The translations under genes and the position numbers were made by a program. The notes under the pieces are model-generated. The model searched no databases and was not told where the DNA came from. It saw nothing but the letters and a program-made list of their open reading frames with translations. From NCBI GenBank assembly GCA_011109175.1, contig RDEW01000025.1:713990-777989 (forward strand): a DNA stretch of 64,000 nucleotides. Direction: 5' to 3'. This stretch comes from Dicyema japonicum. Its lineage: Eukaryota > Animalia > Dicyemida. This document shows positions 22,250-35,770 of the stretch, one piece after another (the first letter of the stretch is position 1; every line of letters begins with the position of its first letter).

Positions 22250-24050
22250 TGGAATTTAAAACTCATGACTCCTAATGTTTCGACGGGGATTGGTTAAAAA
22301 TGAACTGTCCACTGAGACTTTCGTATTCTTTTTTCTTATGGATTCCTTTCCTTTCCGGGGCTGATCCTTGGTTAGTTGCTGTCAATGCAAGGTTAGAAGG
22401 TGAGAGGTCATACAAGCGGATGGCGTCCCAGGCGATGTATCTTCCGTTTTTTCATGGAAAGAAAGTTATCTCGTCAGGTCTTTTGTTGACTGAAGCCAGT
22501 CCGAGAGACTCTAATTGTATTATAAATCCGGCGTCTTCCAGTCCCCATACAATAACTCATTTGATGGTTCTGTGCTTCGAACTTCTTTCAGAGCTCCTCC
22601 GACGAAAGATGACGTGAAGCTTCTACCATCCTTCTATATCTACAGCGGTGAGCCATGTAAACATCCACCCCGAAGCGGACACAGACCCTCTATTTTCGTG
22701 GAGTCGTCGTCCAATATTAAGGGAGGCGTATGGGAAAGCTTAAACCAAGCACCGCTTTCAATCGTCTATACTGAAGCAAGGCATGTAAGACGATGCTGGT
22801 CACGATCTGGTTTTAACTCATCAATAGTTTTTGAACATAACAGTTCATCTCACTCTCATTCTTTATCAGTGTTCTTGGTGGATGCCAAACGTAAACGCGT
22901 CCAAATTTCCTGAGTCACGCATGATACCGGTTCAGCTTGTGATCCATTTATGTGAGATAGGATCGGGCACGTTAGACAGGTAGAAGCGTCGACCAAAGAC
23001 AGGAAAGTTGCGAGGGCGAGTTCCAATGGTGATAGGATCCCAATCCTTCTAAAGCGAGGCGGTAATTTGTATAGGATCCAGGGAGTCTCATCAAATGAAA
23101 TATTAAAAAATTTTTATATGATAGCCATTAGCCTCTAGTAGATGGTTTTTAAAAATCCATTATGTCTGTGAAATGGGGGGGGGGGGTGTCCGTAGATAAA
23201 AAAAAATCGACGAGCTGTGAGGTGGACATACCTGAAAAAAAGTTAGAAGAGAAGAATTGGACAGATATATATCTCGCAGGAAAGTTGACATTATCCTGTG
23301 ATATAACGGAGAACCTAGGAAAATTTCGTTTTCGGTTTCAATGACTAAGATATTTTGGAGGTATGTCGAAATCATAGCCGGTACTTGGCTAAAGTCGTCT
23401 TCTGTATAAACAACGTTAATGATTTCGCATTTGGATGGATTCGGATCCAAGGGTACTAGTGCACTTTACTATAGATGAGAAAGAATCTAGACACTATAAT
23501 TACCAAAAGGGTACAATAATTGTTTAGGGAGACACCAATGGACCAGTACTCAATCCAAGTTTTGCAAGAGCGAGATGGCGTACTTGACCTCTGACGTCAC
23601 AGTTTCCCAGTTCTCTCAATGTTCGCATCATTCAGATACCACAGATACCACAAATTCATTAAAGCTTCGATTGATTATGCAGTAGAATCGGTGCTCAAGG
23701 CGAAGAATAGAGGGACGAGTAGATCGCCTTGTTGGACTCCAGTTCCGGATTCAGGGTGTGTTGATCGAAAATCAGTGTGTTTGGCAAAGCATATGAGAGG
23801 TTTCTCACCCTGCTAATTTTCAGGATCTGGCAATAAAATTTCGGATTGAGTGAATCGTCGCTTCACATCCGGGAAGAATCCTGACTCCGAATTGAGTTGG
23901 GTTCAGTTCGGGGGTTAGATTTTCACAGACTACTTTGCCATCAATCTTCGATATCAGGCGTCCGATACATTGCCTATAGTGGTGGGTCCACCACAAGACT
24001 TTCTGAAGGCAATTAATTTTGATGTAAATAGGAAGTAAGATCATTAATGT
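22250..24050 (-). mobile_element. Decayed CRE-clade non-LTR retrotransposon (RT plus restriction-like endonuclease)
   Basis: In order on the minus strand: IGRLISK...LNPTQFGVRILPGCEATIHSIR, NPSKCE...FLGSPL, LPPRFRRIGI, SGAWF...LDDD and EP...GDWKTPD; many stops and frameshifts. Confidence 0.8.
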
Positions 24051-24179
24051 GACTCGGACGTAGGCTGTCTAAGCCAGCATAAAGAATAGTGAAGAGAAGA
24101 TATCTGAAATTAGAGATAACCTTCTTATTATCAATAACTTTGCAAAACAAAGAAATGAAATAAATGATAAAAATCCTGA

Positions 24180-24900
24180 CCGTGTAAAAACGAAAGTGTC
24201 GATATTGTGGATCCGCTGAGTTATTGGTTAGTGGAAACTATAGTCTGAGATTATTCACTGCCTTCTTCACATCGAAAACTTATTAAAGATTCATTTGAAA
24301 TCAATACAAAAGGCTAGAAAATCTGTGGACCATACACGTTGACTCGTATGCTTGACAGTGATTACTAGAAAAAGACATAATAAACTGGAAAGATGCATAT
24401 ATTTGTGCAAAATAACATCAAAAAGTTAAGAAATTTAAATACACATTCTGTCAACTTGATTACATTACTCAAATGGTTAAATTTTGAATAGAGAAGACAT
24501 TTATGGCAAAGGATCAGGGTCAATATAACAAGCCGTTTATACAAGAAAATGAAGAATGATTTTGTGATTAAGTCTGAATCACATCTCAGATACTACTTAA
24601 ACGCACTTAAGTTGAGAAATCACAAAGATACGATTTACTCGATAAAGAACTAAAGATACTTTATAAAGTTACAATAAAAGTCATCCCGGTTGTTTAAACA
24701 CGGGATCGTGTGATCAGTGATCACCAATTGCTACAAAATTATATGGAGATGTTACCGATTGATGATGAAAGCATACATAGAATCTGTTGTGCATAAGAAG
24801 ACCTTCTAGAGTATAGTAGTCGATAGAGGAATTCGCATCTGTAATGGGACTGACGGCGCACTATAAAGAGGACATGATCATTAATCTGATCGAGGAAAGA
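24180..24900 (+). mobile_element. R4/Dong-like RLE retrotransposon 3' fragment
   Basis: CRYCGS, SVDH...RHNKLERCIYL, YDLLDKELKILY...VIPVV and AYIESVVHKKT parallel the element at 60-61.4 kb. Confidence 0.7.
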
Positions 24901-25377
24901 GTGGAAAAGGTTAAATAACAGATTAATAGATCTTCCTCTTAGAAGATATGATCAGTAATCAGACTGCCTTATTTTGGGAATTTCGAGTTCATCAGATACG
25001 TTTCCGCTGCAGTCATCACCCCGCTTTACATGGTTACAGGAGAAAAACTGTACAATTGAAGTCGTCACTTTGTCCCTCCTTCCTCATCGACGACCACAGA
25101 ACGAGTTATCTTTCTTTCGCCCAGGCCTACCTTTAACTTCTCCGCCTCATTTGATCAAACTGAGTGACTTCTGGGAACACTCGCTTACAATTATTATTTT
25201 CCTTTTAGCCATCGGTTTTCTTTACTTGACGAAAGGTAAGAAGATAAAGGTCTGGGAATATGTCGATTTTAAATTAAACTAAATTTAATTTTTGTATTAT
25301 TGGACTTAAACATTTCAAACATTATATTTTTTGTATAATATTATTTTTTAAAAACCTAAAATATACCCTAAAAATGC

Positions 25378-25490
25378 TTTATTTTGTTACCCCAATCGGA
25401 GTGGGAAGTATCTTTTCCAAGCATTACATATTCGCCATTGTGGGAACCCCCTTCCCTCAATGGATTAGAATAGATAGGGATAAGTTCTTC
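25378..25490 (-). mobile_element. SINE family B 3' fragment
   Basis: CATATTCGCCATTG.GG.AACCCC shared with the 19.7 kb copy; minus-strand tail TTGGGGTAACAAAATAAAA. Confidence 0.6.
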
Positions 25491-25846
25491 TTTAGATAAA
25501 GGTAGCCACTATCCAGCATCAAAATCATATTCTATTTTTTAGTCAAAAAGCTAATATAAGTGGCTACCATAATGAAATCACTAGGAACTGAAGCAAAAAA
25601 TGCAGAAAAAATTCTTTACCAATCAGGTAGCGATGAGGGAATCAAATGCGAGCGACAGCAATACCATGAATGACAATAATAAAATATTATGTCACAGCCT
25701 CTTAGTGTTATCAAACCGTAAGTGTTAATTTAAAAAATATTCAAAATATTGAAATCTGCATTAAAGAATAATTATCTATAAATCATAATAAAATAGTAAT
25801 AATTTTTAAAATAAAAAATAAAGCACATTATTTTCAAATAAAAGAA

Positions 25847-28800
25847 TTAACATTCCAAACAGTTAATAGTCAAACAAAGTCTTTCACTTAATTGTTCATC
25901 ACTGCAAAGTTCATGGCTTTTTCTAAGTGCTAAATCAATTCCTTTTGTTCTAAGAATAGATTTAATCTATTATTATAAATAAATATACTTTATGTGTCTT
26001 ATATGTCACGTGCATAATAATACAACAAGCGACTGTTTGCACAGCCATGTCTGCAGTGGACAACCATTTATGTATTAAAGTGAAAAAATCATCTAAAGTT
26101 TAAAATTAAATCCCACCAAGTGAGAGCAAAATATTCTTTATGTTGTTCACAAAACAGATATTTCTAACTATAAGAGCAATATTTATTGTATTTTTGTCAC
26201 TCTGATCCGCAGATATCCCCAGTCCACAGTTTATCAAAAACCCGACAATATCCTTTGAGTTAAAATTACTGTTGTCTCTGATAATAATTGATAGTCCGTC
26301 TTTAAAGAACGATATATTTCTCATCAAATCAATCCATAATCGTTCAAACACAGTAAATGACTTATTTTTGACCAAACGATTAAAATTTACATAAAACAAA
26401 TCCATCAATCCAGACTAATATTAGTTTAGCGATTACCTTTTTGATAACAATCCTACAGTTTTGATTGGTGGAAATATTCGCCAACAACCTAAAACACGTC
26501 AAAATATAGTCTTTTCCCCAGTCATCATATCTAGTCTTCCGAACAAGTTGGACACAAAGACTAACGCAACAAACATCATTTGAATTCCCGCCATAAATTG
26601 ATAAACTGTTGGCACCTAATATTTACAACTCCCAACACAACATTGCGAATTACGGAATGAATAGTTCAGCATCATTCCAAGAAGAGATTGAAGGAGAGGT
26701 TCATAAAGCAATGAGCGATCCCAGAGTTCAATAATAAGGGAAACACAACTCATATCCAAGAGAGCATTTTGAATATAGTCACTGTTGTACAGCATATTTT
26801 GTAGAATATTAATAATAGCAGTTAAATTATTATTCAATGTGGCAATCTTGAAATATTACTAAATACAACCTTCTTTGATTTTGCCTGTAGGTTTTCAATT
26901 GTTAAGTGATTTACTAGCAAAATTATATATTCTATCAGTTTTTCAACAAAATTATCTAAAATTAATATTATTGGACCTTCAAATGCTAGTTGACAAGATG
27001 CTTGCGAAAATCCAAAAATTAATTTGAGTGACCCGTATACCAATTGAGATGCTTCCCCTTTACTTTCCAATTTTTTGGGTTTTGCGTAAAGCTCTTCAAA
27101 TTGAGGAATCAGAATTGACGTGATAATACATTTCCATGAATTTGAAGTTGTAGCAGAATCTTCAAAGTATTTTAAGAACTCTTGATATCCTGAAGTTGCT
27201 ACGGAATACACGTGTTTTATAAATGCATAAAAAAATCTCATCGTTTGGGCAAAATAAACCGGATTACTGAGATTTTGGCGCATACAGTCTAAAATGCCAC
27301 ATTTATCATACCAAAGATGAGTTCTAATTTAGGAATGAGCATCACATCGAGAACACACCACGACCTTACTCCTTCAATTTCCGTAAAAGTGTGGAAAAAT
27401 TGAAATATTGAGCCAAAGAGGGAATCCGCGATGTGGTCATTCAAATTCACGTCTAATATTCATCACAGGACTCACCTTTTACTTTGAGTAATTCCAAGAC
27501 ATTTTTTATGAAAAAATCATTTTGGAGTATTGAGTCAATAAAACGGGGATAAAATGTGAGAATCAAACTCAGGAGGTTTAGAATATCATTCATCAGTTGG
27601 ATATGAAGATTAAGGGCTTCTATTGGTGCATTCTCTATGTAATTAGTGTTGTTGAGAATTCTATATTGAAAATTAGAGGAATACGAAATTATTGAATTTA
27701 AAAAATCAAACGGAATATATTTTTCAAACATCTCAGGACTCTGATTTATCAATGTTCCCAAAAGCCTACAAATTGATCCTAAAAGCAGAGGGTCTGAGCT
27801 TGCATATTTTGTAAAGCATACAAATTCATCTATCAACGTTAATCTGTCATACAAACCATCATACAGTTGTTCGGGACTAGCGAATGACTCATAATCTATC
27901 GATGTCATGTTTTTCCAGGGAAGAACACAGTTTTCTATAAGAGTGTTTATTAAATCCATAAAATTCATTCGTTTCATGATTGAGTACAGCGCATCAAACC
28001 CAAATATACATTTCTATGATAATATGGATAACAACATCATATTCATCTCGGAAAACAGGACTTTGAAATCCATGATCGTCTGGCTCACAGGATATAATCA
28101 TATTTTCGAGAATATTAACCGCCTAAAATGATCAAAGAGTTAACCTGTTGCCTCACAATTGATGACTCAAAAGAGTCACTGATTACTGTAAGACAGGCGT
28201 TCCAAATACTTCCTAAAGAAAAACATGCAGAAGCTAATTCTTTCTGCCCTTCACTGCCAGTTGTGATTACAACTCCAATTCCATAGGAGGCACATCGAAT
28301 CTAAATATGACGAATATGAAAACTTGTTGATCCCTACAATTCCACAGTGATAGGATCCACGACAGTGAATCATGGCTAAGGACATTTACCATTTTGACGT
28401 AAGACTAACAATATAAGCATCTCTAACCTCAGAATCCAACTCAAGGTTGATAAGAATGTGTAATATGGAATATGTTGAGTATCTTAAAATCCCATTAGAA
28501 ATGTAGGAGTAGTAATTCCCCCCCTTATGGTCGATAAATTTAGCAATAATATTTAAAATCAGAGAAACAGAATATAAGGAGTCGTCGACAGTCAGATGAA
28601 TCATACTATTTGAGTCAAATCAACATACTCTGAGGTCATCAACGACATGATTTCAACAATCTTCTCTGTTTCGTGGATTTTGTGTTTATCTGAGCTAGTT
28701 CTGAGACGGTCAAGTAATAACATGAAAATATCATTAAATCGGGAGTAATTGTTCCTAAAAGTCAAAATCAAAGAAACTCTGTTTTTTGAAATTTTTTTGA

Positions 28801-31800
28801 TCCTTTCAGTACTTCTTGGAGAGCTAATAAAACCTCCAAGCATAAATCACTGAAATAACCGTAAATATTAAACTCATCAATTTCTGTGGTAAGAAAAAGG
28901 GTGAATATTTTCTCCACGTCGTCAATTTCAAATATTTGAGGCATTTCAGTACGCAATTGGTGAATTAAAAATTTAAAAATTATTTGAATAAGGAAATTAT
29001 CAGCTTCGTTGCTAGGAAGAATGGTCATAAATCTATTATAGCGATGATAAATAACCTTATGAAGGATTCAAACCAATTCTTGCATATTTTCTGTGAATAT
29101 ATTGTCGATGTAGCCAGAAAGAGTTCCCCAATAGAGTCAATGACTTGTTTATGTGTTTTAGCCTCAATAATTTTGTTCAAATTTGTGTCAATCATATTTT
29201 CTGTGATTGATCCTGTTATCCATTCAATGTCCTCTGTCGTCATACTCAATATTCCTTCATTCCTAAAATAGACTCATTGAAATAACAATAAATTTTTATT
29301 TTCGGCTAAATTTGAAAGTTTTTCGAAACTTCCCACTTTTTCCAAATTCCATGCAATTCGAAGACGAGCAGAAATTACATTGTCTGTCATTACTTCGCAA
29401 GGAAGAGGAAAATTGGATGAAAAATAAGGTTTGTATTCAACAAATTCACCTTTCAAATGCAGTTTAAATCTTAAATAAAAAATAAGAAATACCGTCTACC
29501 AACAGACTGGGGCACTGTAAATTTATGAGGACAATCAGGGTTGTAAAGATTATGGATTTGGGAAAAAGAGAGTAACTGAACTAATTTTATTAAAAGTTCT
29601 GATGTTCTGTTGGCCGAATAGCCATCAACAGAGGATAGACTAAAGAGGACTTTGATTATATCACTTAGGTATACGTTTTATAATTGAAATAACTAATTTG
29701 ATATCTTTGCTCAATTCTATCCGTAGGTTAGTTTCATCGGCATTTAAGAACTCATAGAGTAGGGTGGTTTGACTTCTGACCCTCCAAATATTAATCTCAC
29801 ATTATAACAATAATAACTTGGTCGTGTAAGGACTCTGCTGATTTTAAGGCATTAATAGCATTAGAGGCACCACCAAGTGATATGAACAAGGGATGTTTGG
29901 TTGAATCTAAATATCTCATATATATACTTTTAAGGTAAACTGCCATCTGGTTAACAGCCGCAGTCCTCAGTTCGATATCCTTCGTCTCGTCACCAAATAT
30001 TCTGTACAATTTCATTCATATCGGCTTCCTACAAAACTCAGTTATCTAAAATACCCCATAGACGAGTTCAGAAGGATCATAATGGTGGACTTGTTGATAT
30101 TGACGGATGAATATTTTTTCCATGTCGATCGGTTCTTCAAATTGTCTCTTATCATTTAAGATCAGAAACAACGCCTCGTGGGCACGATTTCTTATTCTAA
30201 TCGAGTCAATGTCATAATTAAACTTGGAATAAATGGAAAAACTATATCTTATAAGGGCGAGGTAGGATTTTGTTTTATTTTCGTTACACAAATGAAAATA
30301 TATGTTTTCCAGCAGTTCTGTTTCGGGTTCAGTTGTGCTCTAAACGTGTAAATAATTAAAACTTGAATAATAGGCATCAATTCCCATATTATAGGCAAAA
30401 GTGTTGATAACACTGTAGGGCTGATTAACCAAATCAGATTGAGTTAAAAGAGTTAGTAATTTCCTTGAAATATTCACAATTTCCTTTTCTCCGCATTCGA
30501 AAGCGCTAAAACAAATTTCCCTTAAAATTTCAAAGTCAGCTAAAAATCTTATATTTGCTGACTGACTAACATTTCCAATTTCGGGTCCCAACGAATTCTG
30601 CCGTTATAACCAAGCAGTAGAACCTCAGCAATAGAAAGACACTTTTTGTAAGACATTTCACGTGTTTGCTCACAGGGAGATGTTAAAAGGGAACCAATAA
30701 TGGCTTTAAGGCGTCCACCAAGTTCAGAGTTGCAATTTTTGGTGGAATGACTGAATTACAGGTTAATAATACAAAACAGAAGAAAAATCGAAAATGTTAC
30801 TGATATATTCGCTGTGTTGATGAAATGGATGACTAAGCAGGGAATGTTCAGCCAAAGAAATCAACCGTGACAACGGAATGTTCTTAAATTACCATAAATG
30901 AGAACATCGTCAGTAAAAAGAGTTAGAAATTTCCACGTGGCTTTAAAGGAATCAATTATTTCATCAACGTCCTTGAGATTTCTTATTTCAGAGAGCATAT
31001 TTGCCTCAATGATCTTCAATCCACGCTGTCTGATTGAAGGAATGGCAAAGGGAATAAATTCATCATTTACTGCGTACAAAAATGCTTGAATTACTGACGC
31101 AGGGAGTCGATTGTACTTGAAAATTAAATTTGAAAATTACATATTCAGATGGCCAGAAATTATCCAAAAATCTATCAAGAAGACATATCAAATGGAGGAA
31201 CATCATTCTGTAGAATCTTATTGTTGTTTCGTTGGATATTGTTGATTTTTTGAACTTTTCGAGAGCCCTCCCGATAATATCAGCCAAGGAAACAAGTTTG
31301 GATGTCTGAACTATATAAATAAATTACAATTTGTTGTCCAAGAGAGCAAGATGACTCCCACAAGAGTTGAGGACTCGTCAAAACTATTTGAAACAACTTT
31401 ATAGTTTTTTCTGAAAGAGAAAGAAGTAAAGAAGAGATCGTTTTGCTTGCAATTAAACCAAATAATGGAAATGAGCGTGTTAACGTGGTGAGAATAAATT
31501 CTACGATCGACATTGGTTTATCCTTAGTATTTTAACAATATGTACTCTCATGACGTCATCGTTTATTAGATCGTTGATGTCTTCTTGTTTGTGCCTACAT
31601 TATAAGCAACTAATACTTATGACTGACTTTGTGAGTTGTTAGAAATGCTACAAATTATTTAAACAAATTACAATCTTTGCAGCTCAGGGATGAAATGTCT
31701 AGGAAAGATTGGACACGTGACTGTAAATGAGTTACGAATATATTCAATGAAGTTAAAATGGGCTCTAATGTTGCGGAGGATGATGACTTTGTTGGCATAA

Positions 31801-32641
31801 GTCGATCCAACAGAATCTAAATAAAATTTGAAATAACCTTAATTAATTTTGGACGACTTATAAATATTTCAGCTGGATAGTCCTGTAAAGCCACGTGGGA
31901 AAACACATTACAGGCTGTCTGTAAGTCGATATCCTCCTTCGTTAGTAGTCTAAAATATATGTGGGGACAACTTTTCGATAGAAACGAGGACGTGTTTGTC
32001 TTGTTTGCACAGTGGGAGCCACGGAAAAAAATTTATTTTAATAAACTTTTCTAAAACAGGTTAATAAAAATACCATTTTTAACGTTTGGTTTTGGCGTTT
32101 CCTCCAAACATTTAGTTAAACAAGTTTTGTATTGAGACAAGGACCTTTCTTCTGTTGATTGAATTGAGGACAGACTTTCACAAACTATTCAGTAACAGAC
32201 TACAGTTAACTGATTGGGGATTGGTCTTCTATTAATACGTTTCTGCTAATATTTTCAATCATTTCGTCAATGATTATGACTAAATTTTGGGGGACATTAT
32301 TTTTAAGAGACAGAAGAAACTCCATTCCCCCGATCTGTTTAAAATAAGGAACGGTCTCGTCTGCCTAACAAAGTAAACCAATAGACCACCTTCAACAGAT
32401 GAGCTAATAATAAAAGTACTTCCAGTTTATTGGGGACATTTTCAAAATTGAACCACTCGAGTAATTTTTTAATGATAGTTCGCCCAAATAACAATTCATT
32501 TGCACTTATCAAACCATGATGTAATTTGAACTCAATACTTCTCAAAGCACGTGTTCTAATCTCCACTAAAGGATGTCCTTTATATTTAAAATAACTACTA
32601 GTACCAAGTTTTGCTATAATTTGCACCAAATTTGAGCTCAT
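25847..32641 (-). CDS. RTTN: Rotatin (centriole/basal-body protein), many mini-introns; internal exons not all resolved
   Basis: N-terminus IAKLG|HPLVEIRTRALRSIEFKLHHGLI...LLEWFNFENVPNKLEVLLLL matches the rotatin N-terminal domain; ~6.8 kb of contiguous minus-strand helical-repeat-like exons; first plausible terminal stop at 25847-25849. Confidence 0.85.
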
Positions 32642-33849
32642 TATTTGCTTAGTTACTAATTTTAATTAGCAAATAATTTATTATTTTAACAAATAATTTA
32701 TTTTAAAATTTTTTAAACTTAAACTTGTATGATTCTGCCTGTCTGACTCATTTAGTGATTGGAGGGATGCGTTTGGCTTGGGAATTTAAGATCAACATAC
32801 TGCTTCTGCCAAATAGTATCTCAGAGATCACCTCTTTTTCTTGACTTTAGTTTATTTTTGGCTAACCTCTCTACAGCGGGAGATAAAAACGATACATGTT
32901 CCTGGTCTCACCCGTTCATGGCCGCTACGAGATTGCAACAATAGGGAATCGGATATTATCAAAACTAGTCATCCTCAGTGACATAACTCTCCCACCCGAA
33001 ATCTCCCAGACCGAAGTAAAGAAGGCCTGACAAGCATACATTAACATTTCAATCTACAGTTAGCTACGTAAGCCTTTGTTGGTTACCGTCGACCTCCTAT
33101 CGACAAATCGGAAAAATGCAAAACATCGCGTTCAGGACGATATCTGGGTACTTCAAATCAACGTCAAATGATCATCCCCACTAAAATACGAAAATCCTTT
33201 TCATCGCAGACCATCTGTAAATGAAAGTTTTACAATTCCTCTGTCAAACCTACAATCCGGACAACCCCTGTTACTCTCTTTGCAAATACCTAAATAAAAG
33301 AAAAATCATTTTGACAATCTGATGCTATCCTCCATTTCATCCTGTCCCCAAGATCCAATTCGTTTGAAAAAGATACAGATCTGAAGTAATATACCGACCA
33401 CTCTTTCGTTTGATCAACCAGAATCCTCTCTACCAAGAGACATCCGGGAAAATCTGGATACACTGTGGATATTACTCCTTTTGCCAACATACGAATATAA
33501 ACTGGACAAAAAAAAATGTCCCTTGCTCAGTTTTCAACTTCTAGCGAGTTGAAGGAAATAACTTTTTCAAATGTCCAGAATTTTATGATGTCCATCTATC
33601 AACCAGGTACCCCAGTTCCATTCGAGTGAAAAAAACCGGCGGCTAACAAGAACGTCACAGCCAAAGTGGATGGTAGGTATATTTGGTTCTGTAAAGAACC
33701 CCTGAACACTCCCACATTGTTCATCTTTATTGTCAAAGTTAAATTGGCTGAGTGATAACAAAATGTCAATAAACAAAAAAATAAAATGTTCGATTAAGAG
33801 TTAATAATTAAATAAATTTAGAAGTCCTCACCTACTGACAAGTCCCTCT

Positions 33850-34250
33850 CAAAATTGCGAGCGGAACTTCCTTGAATAGCTAGCGACATTCGTTCGGAAA
33901 TCAGATTTCCAAGTCACCGAGAAATTCTAGCTTTGAGGGTTCAATGACTCATGAAGTCTCCAGAACAAGTGAAGTGAACATTATTTCATCGGGTAGGTCA
34001 GCATTTCCCAGCAACCGAACAGGCTTAGGACGGGTTCTGATGGATGTAGTTTGCAACGAAAGTATCTGTACAGGTAAAATCAACAGAGGCTTCCTTCCAC
34101 GATGAAGATAGCCATCTCATCTAGCCATTTTCAATCACTCATGCACAAACCGACAGGCTCATGCAAGGACGGAAGCAGGATGCATAAAAAACCCATCTGA
34201 CGACTTCATTTATGGCCTTGTGTCCGGGAAATCTTCAGCACTATTTTAAC
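33850..34250 (-). mobile_element. CRE-clade retrotransposon RLE-domain fragment
   Basis: GHKAINEVVRW...HEPVGL...SWK...DFTCTDTF, frameshifted. Confidence 0.65.
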
Positions 34251-34677
34251 AGGTTAGGTCGTCAGTTTATTTTTATTAATACTAAATCTGAAACAAATTT
34301 AACGGGCTCTCACAAAAAAAGACATAAAGTTTAATTTAATTCTCTCGATCCTCTAAAAGGAAAGGGCAACCTCCAGACTACATAAGAGAGAAGTACCACC
34401 GCGGTGGCCGCTTGGAATCAGGCGTAGCTCTAGAACCTTGTTATAGATACAATTAGCTGGATGATCGTTAGTGAAGAGCCAGTACCGAGGTTTGGTTGTA
34501 CACAGTAAGATAAAAAAGAGACCGGGAATATTATAAAGCAACCATATCGAAGTAACCGATGGGAAGGAAAGGTCGAATAGCACCCTTTTGTGTCCAGTTG
34601 ATACTGATCGCCACCACAACGGGGGAAGCACTAGGTACTTTCCGCCCCTTACTTTTTATTAAATGATATGCAAATAC

Positions 34678-35728
34678 TTAGGCTTTATTAATGTTATCAC
34701 AAATACGTTTACACAGCAAATCAATAACCCAATTATGAACCTAAAATAACATTTAAAATCACCTCAAAAACACGTGGAATTCCAATCCCATAAAATCTAA
34801 GCTTATTTGACTCAATTCTCTCAACTGCCACAATATTAAATTTCCCCACATGGCCTAGATTATCCAATAAAGGAATGTCACAAGTCCTCATGTCCTCTTC
34901 ATTATAAATATCAACATGATCAGCAATCCTCCTCAGAGGTAAAGAGTCTTGGTCATCAGTATGAATATATTTAATCCTTTAATAATAAATACACATACTT
35001 TTCTGTGCTAAACATTTCATTAATTACAGACACAGGTGTGTATAGAGTATGAATTTGTTTGTTCTCATAAATCCACCTTCTAGCCAAAGTCGTGGCCAGT
35101 CGCATGTATTTAAGTTCAGAGGCAACGTCAATAAATTCCTGATCGAAGGAAATATCACATATGAGACTTCCCTTCTCAATAGTTTCGTCTAATTACATAT
35201 AACAATTACCAGTGAATTTGGGGAAATTGCATATATTTGATTCAATTTTATTTTGATCAAACACAAGTGACAAGGAAGAGGCCATAAGATAACTACATGT
35301 CCTCCAGAAAACCTAAAATAAGCATAAAGTCAACTATATTTGATATTTGGGGTTGGAAATCCCTTAAATGATGAAATCTCAGGTAATTAACGTCTTCCAT
35401 CAGCGGTTTGTTCAAATCCCATGTAGTTTGATTAACGGAGGCACAGATTGACCGATTTATGAACATATCGTGAATATCTGTAATGATCATATAAGACAAA
35501 CGTCTAGCACAGTCTAAAGGAGTGGAGATATTTCTATTCATAGTAAGGTCACACTCGTGATTACCGTCGCGGAATATTACATTAATTTTATCTATTTTGG
35601 GGACTGGCCGACTAGACAGTTGAGACTGCCAAATATAAATTCTCTCTTGAAGAATAGAAGAGAGTGGTTTGGTCTTACTTAATTGTATTGCTTGATAATT
35701 ATCATGTTATACCTGGATATACTCGCAT
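34678..35728 (-). CDS. MRPL39: Mitochondrial ribosomal protein L39 (TGS/ThrRS-like), 7 exons
   Basis: PKIDKI...MNRNISTPLDCAR|HI...WDLNKPL...VFWRTCSYLM...LRRIADHVDI...RFYGIGIP matches MRPL39. Introns at 35691-35712, 35478-35501, 35313-35334, 35189-35209, 34977-34998 and 34741-34762. Confidence 0.88.
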
Positions 35729-35770
35729 TTAATTAAATTAAAAATATTAAACAAAATAATACAATATAAA

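Noticed and set aside
24974-25282. 102-aa ORF with a C-terminal hydrophobic segment
   Set aside because: Non-ATG start, and the opposite strand resembles an RTE 3' end (KGRPGRKK); probably a TE remnant.
7868-32641. SPAG17, IFT52 and RTTN as a ciliary gene cluster
   Set aside because: They are interspersed with QTRT2 and TE blocks and lie on different strands; three ciliary genes among 13 is plausible by chance in a reduced, ciliated animal.
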